From contig JAUVAV010000009.1 of the NCBI GenBank assembly GCA_030591525.1, positions 16,805 to 80,804 of the forward strand: 64,000 nt of DNA, written 5' to 3'. Below the pieces are notes generated by a model. The model was not told the origin of the DNA. It saw only the letters and a program-made list of their open reading frames with translations, and did no database searches. Origin of the DNA: a candidate division FCPU426 bacterium (lineage in GTDB: Bacteria; Oederibacteriota; JAAXVQ01; JAUVAV01). The position numbers were made by a program, and so were the translations under genes. Below are positions 39,164-49,861 of this stretch, piece after piece (within the stretch, counting starts at the first letter, position 1; the number at the start of each line of letters is the position of its first letter).

Positions 39164-40498
39164 TTAACCGCCCACCGGGGAATTGCATCGGCCGGTCTGA
39201 ACCGGCGCCCAGCGGGCTATAGCCAATCCCAGACCTATGATTATCCCGAAATGAATGCCGCGGGCAAAAATCGTCAAAACATCAAAATTATTATGAATCA
39301 GGAAAGCTATGCCGCCGGCTATCAAGCCGGAAAGCGCCTGCCGGGGATATCCCCGCGGCAACCGAAAAAAGCCTTTAATTATGGTGGTAAAATAATATGC
39401 TATTAATAGAAGGAAGCTGAACAGCCCCAGTAATCCGGTTTCAACCAGAATCTGAAGATACAGATTATGAATATGCTTATCCATGGCCTGCCAGGCATAA
39501 TAATCCTCATCAAAGTGCTTCCGGATATTCCGTTCGTATTCTCCGGCCCCGAATCCGATCAGAGGATGCTGCCTAAACATTTTCACGGCGGTGGTAAAGC
39601 AAACCTTGCGAAAACTCACGGAATCTTCCTGTTCCGGATGCCCCAGCGAGCTTACGCGCTTTAGCACAGCCTGGCGGGCTTTTTCCAGGGGCCCCTGATT
39701 AAGCAGTATAACCGTACTGGTGATAGCGATTAGCAGCGCGCCGATCCAGAGCAGCTTTTTGGGAACATTCATATATATCAGAACCAACCCTACCAGAAAA
39801 ACTGCCAGCCAGGCGCCGCGGGTAAAGGTAAAAATCAGAGCCGTAATCATTATTACCGCAGCAAAGCCCAGAATAAACCGCTCCCAATATTGGCGGGCTT
39901 CCACAAACTGAATAAAAGCCAGAGGAATAACCAGAATAATATATCCGGCGAATTGATTGGGATGGCCGAAAGTGCTGTAGGCCCGCATAGTAGTTCCGGA
40001 ATAAAGAGTTAAAAGCTCCAGACCGGAATTCATGGCCGAATCCGGTCCAGCCAGGGTTTGAATAATACCTAAAATCGATACCAGGGAGCCCGTAATTATC
40101 AGCGCCAAAATCGCTGCCTTGACATGGCGCTCGGAGCGCAAAGCATTGGCCGCATACCAGACCAGAATAATCAACTGGAGCCAACGCAGGATCTGCTTGC
40201 CGACTGAACTTATTTCATAGGCATTCAGGGCTGATATCAATAAGGCTGCTATAAAGGGTGCCGCTAAAAATAATTCCGGCCGGGAAATCGATGCTCCGGC
40301 TTTTCTTCGCAAAATATGCAGCAACCATCCCGCGAAAATACCGGCCAAAATAAATTCATTGGTGTGGATAGTAATTCCCAGTTCTATGGGAATATCCACA
40401 GGATTAATCAGGACTATAACCATAAGACCATACCAGGGCTTATAAAAAGTAATAATCCCGGCTGCGACCGCCATGACCAAAATGAAAAAAAACAGCAC
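39164..40498 (-). CDS. O-antigen ligase/Wzy_C-family protein
   Basis: RAYSTFGHPNQFAGY, TFTRGAW, HPLIGFG and HIHNLYLQILVETG; likely GTG start at 40498 (start uncertain). Confidence 0.85.
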   Translation of the reverse strand: MLFFFILVMAVAAGIITFYKPWYGLMVIVLINPVDIPIELGITIHTNEFILAGIFAGWLLHILRRKAGASISRPELFLAAPFIAALLISALNAYEISSVGKQILRWLQLIILVWYAANALRSERHVKAAILALIITGSLVSILGIIQTLAGPDSAMNSGLELLTLYSGTTMRAYSTFGHPNQFAGYIILVIPLAFIQFVEARQYWERFILGFAAVIMITALIFTFTRGAWLAVFLVGLVLIYMNVPKKLLWIGALLIAITSTVILLNQGPLEKARQAVLKRVSSLGHPEQEDSVSFRKVCFTTAVKMFRQHPLIGFGAGEYERNIRKHFDEDYYAWQAMDKHIHNLYLQILVETGLLGLFSFLLLIAYYFTTIIKGFFRLPRGYPRQALSGLIAGGIAFLIHNNFDVLTIFARGIHFGIIIGLGLAIARWAPVQTGRCNSPVGG

Positions 40499-40499
40499 T

Positions 40500-41876
40500 T
40501 TAATAAGCTCCCTTGCCGAAAAGGACGGTGGGAATAGTTCGCAGGAGAATAACCAGATCAAGTAGCAGCGACTGATTTTTTATATAATATAAATCATATT
40601 TTATGTTCTCTTCCAGGGGTTTATTGGTTCTTCCGGAAACCTGCCATAATCCTGTCAAACCCGGCAGGACCAACAGCCGACAACGGTAAATGGGCTTATA
40701 TTTTTCAACTAGGAACGGCATTTCCGGCCGGGGACCCACCAGGCTCATATCACCTTTAATAACATTGATTAATTGGGGCAATTCATCCAGGCTGGTGCGG
40801 CGCAGAAAAGCGCCGACCTTGGTAATGCGCGGATCGCCTTTGCCACGCGGGGTTTTAGCATATTGGGGTGCATCCACACGCATAGAGCGGAACTTGTATA
40901 TAAGAAACTTGCGGCCATGATATCCTACCCTTTCCTGACGGAAAAATATCGACCCTGGTGAACTCAGCGTGATGGCCAACATAATCAAGAGCCAGAGCGG
41001 AGAAGTTATGAACAAAATGCTCAGCGAGACCACTTCGTCAATAAATCTCTTTAATACTTTATAACCACCGCTGGTCTGCCCCTCATCCAGGCTATTCACG
41101 AGCCCTTCCAGACCTTCGCCGGATGGAGCTTTAAATCCTGCCAGATCAAAAGCTTCTGTGATATTCCTGTGAGGAATCCGGTACTCATTAAATAATTCAT
41201 GCACTTCCATAATGTGGTGGTAATTCTTGACCGTATCCGAAATAATCACGCTCTCAATTTCTCCGCGCTGGTAGCGCGATAATATTTCGTGATCGATTTT
41301 TTTTCGCAAGTTATCCGAGCGCGGAGAAACATCTCTCGGCAATATCACCTTGGCCGCCACATAATATCCCAGCTGGGGATATTGCTTAAGCAACTGCCCC
41401 ACCGCCCGGACTTTTTTATCAGATCCCACGACAGCTACGCGCAGCCGGTTCCAGCCTCGCGCCCGCAACTGCTTGAGAATAGTATAGTAAACAAATCGAA
41501 CCACAATCAGGAGTATTAGGGCCGTACTCCAGAAAATAAAAACCAGTACACGTGACTGTTCATACAGTTTAAGAAAAAATGTTAAAGCCAGCGCTATTAG
41601 AAAAGCATAAGTAAGCGCTTTAATAATATTGGCATACTCCTCAATCATGGAGAGATCGCGAATGTCGCGATAAAGTCCCTGTTTATAAAACATCAGCACA
41701 ATAATGCCAATCAGCGCCATAAGCGGCAATACATATTCATTGATAGGCTGAACCTGAACAAATATCTCAAACCGGGTTCTGAGATGGTAAGCCGCCAGAA
41801 AAGCGCCTAGCAGTGCACCCACATCACAAAGGGATAGAAGCAGGGCATTAATTATCCTTTTAGAAAGATTAAACAT
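40500..41876 (-). CDS. Second polyprenyl glycosylphosphotransferase (WcaJ/WbaP family)
   Basis: [28 protein letters not shown] and PGLTGLWQV. Confidence 0.88.
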   Translation of the reverse strand: MFNLSKRIINALLLSLCDVGALLGAFLAAYHLRTRFEIFVQVQPINEYVLPLMALIGIIVLMFYKQGLYRDIRDLSMIEEYANIIKALTYAFLIALALTFFLKLYEQSRVLVFIFWSTALILLIVVRFVYYTILKQLRARGWNRLRVAVVGSDKKVRAVGQLLKQYPQLGYYVAAKVILPRDVSPRSDNLRKKIDHEILSRYQRGEIESVIISDTVKNYHHIMEVHELFNEYRIPHRNITEAFDLAGFKAPSGEGLEGLVNSLDEGQTSGGYKVLKRFIDEVVSLSILFITSPLWLLIMLAITLSSPGSIFFRQERVGYHGRKFLIYKFRSMRVDAPQYAKTPRGKGDPRITKVGAFLRRTSLDELPQLINVIKGDMSLVGPRPEMPFLVEKYKPIYRCRLLVLPGLTGLWQVSGRTNKPLEENIKYDLYYIKNQSLLLDLVILLRTIPTVLFGKGAY

Positions 41877-41888
41877 ACGCTTAGTCCT

Positions 41889-43070
41889 TTACTTTTTTCC
41901 TGCTCCTGCCATAACCTTGGCATAGAATTTTTCCAGCCCGGCGGCTAAATATTCCCAGGAATACCGCTGCTCAGCCGCTGCTCTGGCCGCCTGCCCCATC
42001 TTCCTGCAGCTTTCAGTATCCTGCAATAGTTCCCAGGCAGCCTCCGCAAAATCTTCAGTGGTATCACGAGCCAGCCGGCCGATCGGCTCCTGGTTAAACA
42101 AATGTTCCATTTCTCCCACGGGCGAAGATACCATGGGACGTCCCATGGCCATGTAATCGCCTACTTTATTAGGCCAGCGGCCGATATTGGCCTGCTTACG
42201 CGCAAACGGAAGCAGAAAAATATCTGCGCAACCCATATAATCAGGAATTTTTTCATAAGGAACAATCCCATATTCCAATATTCCCGCCTCAGTTCCTTCT
42301 TCGCGGGCAATACGCCTGGTCATGGGTGAAGATTTGCCCAGCAATATCAAACGGGCATTTTTATTTTTGCGATAGATTAAGCCGAAAGCTCTTAGTACCA
42401 GTTCAAGATCATAATGGACAAAACCCATAAAAGCCACAATTTTCGCTGCTTGCGGGAGACCGAGCGCCTCCCGGGCTGTCTTTATATCACGCGGTGTAAA
42501 ATTTTCCACATCCGCGCCGCCGGTTATTTTCTTAATAGTTTCCGGTTTAACGCCCAAAGCAACCGCTCTTTCCTGCAAGGCGGAAGAAATAACCGTGGTT
42601 CCATCCGCGCAGGTCCGGAAATGTTCCTCATACCAGGTTTCTATCGCGCCCAATAATATTTTAATCAACGGGTTGGAACGTTCCTCAATGGCTCCGCCCC
42701 GGCCCCACCAATCCGCCCAATCCATAACCAAAGGAACATCTCTACGTTTGATTGTCAAGGCCGGATGAATTACTATTGGCCGGGAATCAAAAGCATGGAC
42801 TAAATCATATTTTTCGTTCCGAACTCTTCGCCAGCGGTGCCATAGGTCCCACGGGTCCCATCCCGAACGCCCGATTCCCCAGAATAAATCCGGAAATTGA
42901 ACCACCTGCACGCCTTGCAGGTTGATTTGCTCAATTCCCCAACGCCGGGTGGGGTGAATCGTATAAATCGTCACTTGATGTCCTCGTCGCACCAAATACC
43001 GCCCCAGATGATAGCAACGGTAAAAAGTAGAACGCCAGATAACATTATGATTTAAAAATAATAATCGCAT
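41889..43070 (-). CDS. Glycosyltransferase family 4
   Basis: DWADWWGRGG and RWPNKVGDYMAMGRP; paralogue of 51009-52217. Confidence 0.88.
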   Translation of the reverse strand: MRLLFLNHNVIWRSTFYRCYHLGRYLVRRGHQVTIYTIHPTRRWGIEQINLQGVQVVQFPDLFWGIGRSGWDPWDLWHRWRRVRNEKYDLVHAFDSRPIVIHPALTIKRRDVPLVMDWADWWGRGGAIEERSNPLIKILLGAIETWYEEHFRTCADGTTVISSALQERAVALGVKPETIKKITGGADVENFTPRDIKTAREALGLPQAAKIVAFMGFVHYDLELVLRAFGLIYRKNKNARLILLGKSSPMTRRIAREEGTEAGILEYGIVPYEKIPDYMGCADIFLLPFARKQANIGRWPNKVGDYMAMGRPMVSSPVGEMEHLFNQEPIGRLARDTTEDFAEAAWELLQDTESCRKMGQAARAAAEQRYSWEYLAAGLEKFYAKVMAGAGKK

Positions 43071-43094
43071 GGCAAATAATTCACCCTCTTGCTT

Positions 43095-43835
43095 TTATAC
43101 CCGGCCGCCAAGCGAGGCACCAACGTAAAACAGGGATTGCCCTAAACACGGCTTAATCCATTGTTCCAGGCCGGCGGCCAGTGGCACCAGCCGGTCAAAC
43201 AATTTCACCTGGTCGCTGGAAAAATACCGGCTTTTCATGATACGGTTATGCCACCACCATCCCGGCACTCCTAATATATTCACATAATGAAGTTTCTCCC
43301 GGCTAAAACCGGCTTGGCCCGTGATTTTCTCAACTTCTTTTATGCCATACCTCCTGAAATGATGCAACTCTCTATCCAGGGAACCATACATCCATGATAA
43401 AGCGGGAACATACAATAGCAGCTTTCCGCCGGCTGCCAGCAGGCTGCCCATCCGTTGTAAAGCGGCAATGTCATTTTTAATATGCTCCAGAACGTTAATG
43501 CAAATTATTGTATCCGGATTGAATCCTTTCACTTTCTCAGGCACAGCTTCATTTAGATCCCATACCGTAGTATCTAATTTCTTTTGTTCCGGCCATTGCT
43601 TCCTAATTACGCCCAGGCGTTGCGGCTCCATATCCGTTGCCAAAACCCGCCGGTCGTGCTCTAAGAAAAACCCGGTCATATTTCCAATCCCGCTTCCAAT
43701 CTCAAGCACTCTGGCGCCCAGGTGGGGAGCGCACAGTTTGTAAATCCACTGATTATAGTTTCGCGCTTCGGTTAGTTTCCCCAAAGTGTCAAGCGGCATT
43801 TTTTGCGGATTCATGTTTACTGCTTTCCATTCCAT
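43095..43835 (-). CDS. Class I SAM-dependent methyltransferase
   Basis: VLEIGSGIG, INVLEHI, YVPA and HFRRY. Confidence 0.85.
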   Translation of the reverse strand: MEWKAVNMNPQKMPLDTLGKLTEARNYNQWIYKLCAPHLGARVLEIGSGIGNMTGFFLEHDRRVLATDMEPQRLGVIRKQWPEQKKLDTTVWDLNEAVPEKVKGFNPDTIICINVLEHIKNDIAALQRMGSLLAAGGKLLLYVPALSWMYGSLDRELHHFRRYGIKEVEKITGQAGFSREKLHYVNILGVPGWWWHNRIMKSRYFSSDQVKLFDRLVPLAAGLEQWIKPCLGQSLFYVGASLGGRV

Positions 43836-43885
43836 TACGCGGATTATCGTTACGCTATCCTGAGTAATCTCATTTTAAAGTTTTG

Positions 43886-44068
43886 CTCAACTTTTGCAAA
43901 TTTATATTTTCGCAGTATTTCTTTGTCGTCATTCCGGCATGCTTGAAGCCGGAATCCAGGAATAGGCTTTTTCAAAAGCTTTTTCTGGGCCCCGGCTTTC
44001 GCCGGGGTGACGAATAAAACAATAAACTTTAAAAATTACAAAGAATTGTGAAATTTGCAAAAGTTGAG
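43886..44068. mobile_element. MITE with perfect 18-bp TIRs enclosing an inverted REP-like pair
   Basis: CTCAACTTTTGCAAATTT and AAATTTGCAAAAGTTGAG; inner GTCATTCCGGC..GCCGGAATCCAG (43928-43959) and CTGGGCCCCGGC..GCCGGGGTGAC (43985-44011); GTTTT on both flanks. Confidence 0.82.
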
Positions 44069-44135
44069 GTTTTATCAGTATTTCTGTATAACAATAGTAC
44101 TTTAATTTAAAACCCTCGTAAAATATCAGAAATAC

Positions 44136-44828
44136 TCATCCTCCAATACCATATTTAAAAATGCAGTATAAGGCCCGGACAGCATCCTTAAAACCGATTT
44201 TTTTACCTTCCTGATAGGCTCTGCCGTGATATGAAATACCAACTTCAAAAAAACGCGCTTGTTTTTTGGCCAGCTTAATGGTTATCTCCGGTTCAAAGCC
44301 AAAACGGTTTTCCTTCAATTCAATTCCCTGTAAAATTTCCCGGCGAAATACCTTATAACATGTTTCCATATCACTAAGATTTAAATTCGTAACCATATTA
44401 CTCAACGTCGTCAATATTTTATTCATAACCGAATGCCAGTAAAAAAGCACACGCCGTGACTTACTGGTTAAAAACCTACTGCCGTAAACCACATCCGCCT
44501 CGCCCATAACTATGGGGTCCAACAAATCCGGGTAATCCCCGGGATCATACTCCAGATCCGCATCTTGAATAACTATTACTTCATTACGCGCGTATTTAAA
44601 TCCTTCCCGCAGAGCCGCGCCTTTTCCGCGGTTGCTTTCAAATCGTATATATTTCAAATCCGGGCCGCCTTGCGATTTCAACAACTCCTTTGTTTCATCA
44701 GTCGAAGCATCATCTACTACTACAATTTCTTTTTCCATCGGTACCGCCCGTACCCGGCGCAATATCTCAGCAATGGTTCTTTCTTCATTGTATACGGGAA
44801 TAATTACTGATATCTTTGGATAATTCAT
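44136..44828 (-). CDS. GT2 polyprenyl-phosphate glycosyltransferase (DPM1-like)
   Basis: IPVYNEE, GKGAAL, QDADLEYDP, DMETCYK and FGFEPE. Confidence 0.9.
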   Translation of the reverse strand: MNYPKISVIIPVYNEERTIAEILRRVRAVPMEKEIVVVDDASTDETKELLKSQGGPDLKYIRFESNRGKGAALREGFKYARNEVIVIQDADLEYDPGDYPDLLDPIVMGEADVVYGSRFLTSKSRRVLFYWHSVMNKILTTLSNMVTNLNLSDMETCYKVFRREILQGIELKENRFGFEPEITIKLAKKQARFFEVGISYHGRAYQEGKKIGFKDAVRALYCIFKYGIGG

Positions 44829-44960
44829 TTTCTCTCCTATTATTTTCCTGGAGTGCTTATGATAATATATTTCAGCCTGTCAAACACAATGCCTGGTTAG
44901 AATCAATATTCCCTAAGTTATCCCCAAAATCCCTAGTTCCTTATACCAGGTTTAATTTTT

Positions 44961-46874
44961 TTACTGCTTAATATATATGCTAACCGGGGCAACTGCCCAC
45001 TCCCGGGCATATGTCTTCCCTTGGCAAGTTATTTGCTGTTCGTCCGTTTTGAGCAAAGCAATAATGGCGCCCGGTTCAAACTTATCAAAAGTCGTTTGCG
45101 ATTTTTTAACTTTCGAGACATTATCAACATTAATATGCTCAATCCGGACATTTTGTTTATCACCGCTGGATAATAGCGGCCAAAATGGATATTCCCAACT
45201 ATCCTCGCCTGATATAAATCCAATATTCAAACACCCCTGGGCTTCAAGATATTGGACAGCCTTAAAGTAAGGTTCCCTTTTTAATTCGTGGGAACTAAAA
45301 TATTGTTCAGCCCTAGTCTTGCCAAATATCGTCTGCTTACCGATCAGACTGCGCGTCTGGTTATAAAATATCCAGGGCTGGGCCGCGGCCAAAAGAAAAA
45401 TAGCTATGATAATAACCATCTTTTTATTCAGCGTTTTTGACAATATGATTGCAATAAACGGCGACCACAACACAAAAAGCGGAAGATGAAGCCGGCTATG
45501 CCAGGGCTGCCATTTCAAATACATGCAAAACAAGCAAAACATTCCAGTAATCGCCCCGGCATATTTCAGCAGCTCGCAATTTTCTTGCGGTAATTTCACG
45601 TACATACGTAAAAATAGTCCCAGCGCAATAAAAATCAGGACTAGATGAATTAAATTACCGGCTAAATCTTCGTGATATATATGATCAGAATATATTGCAA
45701 ATCCGGTTTTCGGCCAGGTTCTTTTGGAATCATCCAACTTTACTCCCATTTTATTATGTGTCCACCCAAGTGCTTTGGTTACAGATTCGCTTATCCGCTG
45801 ACTTGACGTGTGGACATGCAAAGCCAGGTTACGCATAATATTGGAAGCCACTGATTTAGCAGTAAAAACCTCATTTGAATATCGCGATCCAACTTTACCC
45901 CCAATCGGTTTTTTAAACACTTCATAATTTCGCGCATACTGTCCCAAATTAAGCGCAAGGATAATCATAATTAACCCCAGTGCCGGCTGCCATAGTTTCC
46001 AGCGCAGTTTTTTCCACCCCAAAAATCCCAGCCATATCAACAAAGGAAAGGCATATATATACGCTGTGCCTTTGGTTAATATTGCCAAACCGAGACTAAC
46101 CCCTGCGCCCACCACATTTCCCCACCTGAACTCACACCGCAAACGCAAAAGATAATAGACATGAGCAACCAGCCAAAATGACAGCACGTAATCGTTTTGC
46201 GTACTGGAGGCTTGCAGAATCCCCATCGGAATTGTCCCGGCAATAACCGCCGCACTTAACTGTCCATACCTGTTTGCACCGAGTTCTTTTGCAATCAGCG
46301 AAACCCCAACCAGACTCCCTATCATGCTAAACCATTGCACACAATTCGCAAAATAATCCCCACCGCTTAGTATCTGGAAATGCATAATAGCATACTCAGC
46401 CCAAGGGGGTTGGTAAAGTTGGCGCAAAATATGCGTAGGATAATGTGCCACGCTTTGATTTTGAATCCAATGCATGACACGAGCCATGTGGTAAGTCATA
46501 GCATCCCAATTATTCGGCGGCGCTTGTAACGCAATAATACCGGTGATGGATATCACCAACGCTATTCCGCAAAGTAAAATAACCGAGGATATATTTAAGT
46601 TGGGCAGACTAAAATTAATCTTCGGGAATATTTTGAATTTCCGTTTAAAAGATATCCCCAAAAGGATAATCAAGGATAATCCCCAGCATCCTATCAGCCC
46701 GGCAAAAGTAATCATTTTGAAAAGGCTTAATAATTCGTTCATTAAGGTTAATAAAACAGCCCAAACCATAGCAGCCGGCAATATTGCCTTACGCCAATCA
46801 TTTTCCCGGCAATAAAAGACAATAAAAATAAGCAGCCATGCAAATAAAGGAACTCCTAAAATATACCGGCTCAT
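44961..46874 (-). CDS. GT-C membrane glycosyltransferase (ArnT-like)
   Basis: PPNNWDAMTYH, QASSTQND and LTKGT; many TM segments. Confidence 0.78.
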   Translation of the reverse strand: MSRYILGVPLFAWLLIFIVFYCRENDWRKAILPAAMVWAVLLTLMNELLSLFKMITFAGLIGCWGLSLIILLGISFKRKFKIFPKINFSLPNLNISSVILLCGIALVISITGIIALQAPPNNWDAMTYHMARVMHWIQNQSVAHYPTHILRQLYQPPWAEYAIMHFQILSGGDYFANCVQWFSMIGSLVGVSLIAKELGANRYGQLSAAVIAGTIPMGILQASSTQNDYVLSFWLVAHVYYLLRLRCEFRWGNVVGAGVSLGLAILTKGTAYIYAFPLLIWLGFLGWKKLRWKLWQPALGLIMIILALNLGQYARNYEVFKKPIGGKVGSRYSNEVFTAKSVASNIMRNLALHVHTSSQRISESVTKALGWTHNKMGVKLDDSKRTWPKTGFAIYSDHIYHEDLAGNLIHLVLIFIALGLFLRMYVKLPQENCELLKYAGAITGMFCLFCMYLKWQPWHSRLHLPLFVLWSPFIAIILSKTLNKKMVIIIAIFLLAAAQPWIFYNQTRSLIGKQTIFGKTRAEQYFSSHELKREPYFKAVQYLEAQGCLNIGFISGEDSWEYPFWPLLSSGDKQNVRIEHINVDNVSKVKKSQTTFDKFEPGAIIALLKTDEQQITCQGKTYAREWAVAPVSIYIKQ

Positions 46875-46962
46875 TTTTTATCGTCCTTTGCAGTAATTAC
46901 AAATCATCAAAATGAAGTTTATCCCATCAACCAGCAACAAGCTATTTATCTCCTGTTTTTAA

Positions 46963-48156
46963 TTAATTTATCCGGCAATTGCAGGATTTTATTAGGTTAA
47001 AATAAATACTCCTTTGTAGATTGGCAATCCGTCCCCAATTGAATTGCTTTTTTACTTTTTCGTGGCCGCGCCTGCCCATTGCTGCCGCATGCTCAGGTTG
47101 GGATAATAATTTTATTATCGTATTGGCTAACTCTCCAGAAGATTCGCTCACCAATTCTCCATCTTGTCCGGCTTGAATCAATTCTGCGACTGCTGGGATA
47201 TCAGCCCCAATAACCGGCTTGCCCTGCATCCAGGCCTCGGTATACACTCCGCCAAAGCTTTCCTGCCTGGAAGGCAAGCAAAAGACCGTGCAATCTGCCA
47301 GGGCCGCTATCTTTTCTTCCTCGCTCACCCGGTCTTTTTCTATTATTCTAGAATCATTGTATTTTTTAAATTTCCTCTTGGAATACGCCGTTCTTGGTCC
47401 CAGGTAAGCAAACCGTGTATCCGGCCGGTCTTTCCAAATCAAAGGCATGCTTTTCAATAATTGCCCCAGACCTTTATACGCATATTTTTGCCCCAGGAAG
47501 AGCACTACCGGCCCTCCGGAACCAAAATAACCGGTTCGGGGCTTTATGTCCGAAAGCGCCGGAGCGTGTCCAATAACATGTATCCGCTGGGAAGCGACGC
47601 CCAATTTAGTCAATATTCTTTTCTCGGCCTGGGTTAAAGCCATTACCGCATCCGCTTGTAAGTAAAGTTTTAAATACCATCGGTAGCGAAATCCTGTCCA
47701 CCGCGGATGATGAAAAGGGGTAAGTACAAAAGGCACTTTACGTTGGCGAGCCAAGTGAAGCGCCGCCCAGGCTAAAAATTCACGGCCGATACGCCCGGCA
47801 TGCACCAAATCTATCGGCCCCACCGACATATCCATTTTTTTATAAAGCGCTTCTGAAATTTTTCGCACGGAATTTCCCATGGTCATATAATATGACCAAG
47901 TCCAATACGGCAGAGCTCTTTGCTCCTTGGGGGTCAGATTTATTTGCTTAATTTTAATGTTGTCATACTCATACTCACTATCTGAGGGAGCATTTATAGT
48001 TACGCCCCGCAGCCAATCAGTTCTATTTTCCTTCCAATGACATACAACTTGCACTGCATGACGCTGATTATTAATTCTTTTGGCAAGCTCATGGAAATGG
48101 GTTTGGGCACCTCCCGTAGAGGGTGGGTAAGCGGTTATGGCGTATAGTATTTTCAT
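46963..48156 (-). CDS. Glycosyltransferase family 4
   Basis: YPPSTGG and ESFGGVYTEAWMQGKPVI. Confidence 0.88.
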   Translation of the reverse strand: MKILYAITAYPPSTGGAQTHFHELAKRINNQRHAVQVVCHWKENRTDWLRGVTINAPSDSEYEYDNIKIKQINLTPKEQRALPYWTWSYYMTMGNSVRKISEALYKKMDMSVGPIDLVHAGRIGREFLAWAALHLARQRKVPFVLTPFHHPRWTGFRYRWYLKLYLQADAVMALTQAEKRILTKLGVASQRIHVIGHAPALSDIKPRTGYFGSGGPVVLFLGQKYAYKGLGQLLKSMPLIWKDRPDTRFAYLGPRTAYSKRKFKKYNDSRIIEKDRVSEEEKIAALADCTVFCLPSRQESFGGVYTEAWMQGKPVIGADIPAVAELIQAGQDGELVSESSGELANTIIKLLSQPEHAAAMGRRGHEKVKKQFNWGRIANLQRSIYFNLIKSCNCRIN

Positions 48157-48227
48157 GCTTTTCTTTCCTTTTGGTTTACATTTCTAATCAAACCAAGCAT
48201 TCCAGCTGTATCCTTTTTAATACGTCA

Positions 48228-48333
48228 CCGCTTCATCCCCGCCTTTCAAGGCGGGGATGAAGCGGCCATATAAATAATGCCTTTCTACATCTCGGATCAA
48301 ATTCTCCGCCCTTCAGGGCGGAGTAATTTAATC
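48228..48333 (+). repeat. Two-hairpin element, copy 1
   Basis: Perfect 18-bp stem at 48228-48265, spacer, then hairpin CTCCGCCCTTCAGGGCGGAG at 48304-48323. Confidence 0.8.
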
Positions 48334-48337
48334 GCAG

Positions 48338-49447
48338 TTACTTTATGCTTTGGTAAACACCTTTGGTTGCTTCGGCTGTCTTTTCCCAAGTGAATCGCTT
48401 AAGCCTGGCAATCCCTTTTGCCACTATTTCCCTTCTTAAATCATCATTATTAATAAGTTGGTTAACTGCACTTTGCATAGAACTTTCATCTTTCGGATTA
48501 AAATATAAAGCCGCATCCCCCGCTACTTCCGGCAATGAACCAACACGAGAAACCAAAACCGGACATTCATTGGCAAAGGCCTCAAGCACCGGCAGACCAA
48601 AGCCTTCGTAAAGCGAAGGAAATATAAAAAACGCCGCCTGGTTATACAATAATGCCAGCATATCGTCATTGACAGAGCATTGTTTAATACGATCAGACAA
48701 CTTTAAAGTTTTAAATAAATGCTCTTCTTCCTTGGTAAAATCACCACCTCCGGCACAAATAACATACAAATCATTTCGACTACTTACAAACTTTGCAAGG
48801 GCTTTGATAAACGATCTAAAATTTTTATACGCATAACGTTCACCTACATATAATATATATTTTTCCGGCAGTCTAATCCTGTTTGCAATGCCTTCTTCGC
48901 TAGTCCGTTCCTGAAACTTATACCCCAGTGGAACAACCGTGACTACCGATTCATCTAAATGGTAAAATCTGATTATATCTTTTTTAGTGGTTTCCGAAAT
49001 CGCAATAATTTTCGCGGCTTTTTCAGCAAGCACTCTTTTTTTTTCGCTGGTTCTGTCTTGCTTTCCGAATAATTCCGGGAATATTTCATGAATCATATCA
49101 TATATCGTTAACACTAAAGGTTTATTCCTGATAGCTTTAAGCACATAGGGATCATAATAGGTCGGATGTAAAATATCATATTTTTGTTTTTTTATACTCA
49201 CCCGACTGATATACTGATTTATTAAATACTGTAATCTTCGTTTACCTTTGAATCTGATATTGCCCAATAATTCACAGTACTTTCCATTAGCACTGTTTTT
49301 CAAGTATTCGTTATGGGTGAATTTTAACGCCAACTCATAATTGATCTCAGCATCTTTTTTAAAACAATTCATCAATTCATAAAAATAACGCGAAATCCCC
49401 CCAAAATATTGGGTGCTGAATATTTGATGATCGTATAATATCTTCAT
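48338..49447 (-). CDS. Glycosyltransferase family 4 (mannosyltransferase-like)
   Basis: MKILYDHQIF..GGISRY, HPTYY and FPSLYEGFGLPVLEA; start ATG 49447. Confidence 0.9.
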   Translation of the reverse strand: MKILYDHQIFSTQYFGGISRYFYELMNCFKKDAEINYELALKFTHNEYLKNSANGKYCELLGNIRFKGKRRLQYLINQYISRVSIKKQKYDILHPTYYDPYVLKAIRNKPLVLTIYDMIHEIFPELFGKQDRTSEKKRVLAEKAAKIIAISETTKKDIIRFYHLDESVVTVVPLGYKFQERTSEEGIANRIRLPEKYILYVGERYAYKNFRSFIKALAKFVSSRNDLYVICAGGGDFTKEEEHLFKTLKLSDRIKQCSVNDDMLALLYNQAAFFIFPSLYEGFGLPVLEAFANECPVLVSRVGSLPEVAGDAALYFNPKDESSMQSAVNQLINNDDLRREIVAKGIARLKRFTWEKTAEATKGVYQSIK

Positions 49448-49572
49448 GATATTATATTTCCATAATTTTGCAACGTTTGCTGACTTATCTGCTTTTCTAA
49501 ATACTTCATGTTGTTGTTTTTCATGTCCAACCTCATGTGCTTTCTTGCACAACAAATCGTTTTTAGGGCTGG

Positions 49573-49733
49573 TTAATCTGTTAGCCGCTTCATCCCCCCC
49601 GGCTTTCCCTGACAAGACCATCAGGACAGGCAAGCCGGAGACATTTCGCTTAAAAAGCGAAATGCGGGATATACATTTATATAATCTACAGATCATATCC
49701 ATTTCCCCGCTCTTCAGAGCGGGGAAATGGAAT
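49573..49733 (+). repeat. Two-hairpin element, copy 2
   Basis: 49685-49733 is 47/49 identical to the reverse complement of 53869-53917. Confidence 0.82.
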
Positions 49734-49861
49734 CAAAGCAGGTTTTCCGGACTTTTTGGCAACTCCAACAAATGCCTCCAACCGAATATCTAAATCAGCC
49801 TGATTTGACCCTATCAATACCGTTATTTTCGCCTGCGAGGACAGGTTAAGTCATAGCAGGG

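Noticed and set aside
49448..49702. 85-aa N-terminal extension of the GT4 ORF
   Set aside because: It reads through the two-hairpin repeat; the family N-terminus starts at MKILYDHQ (49447).
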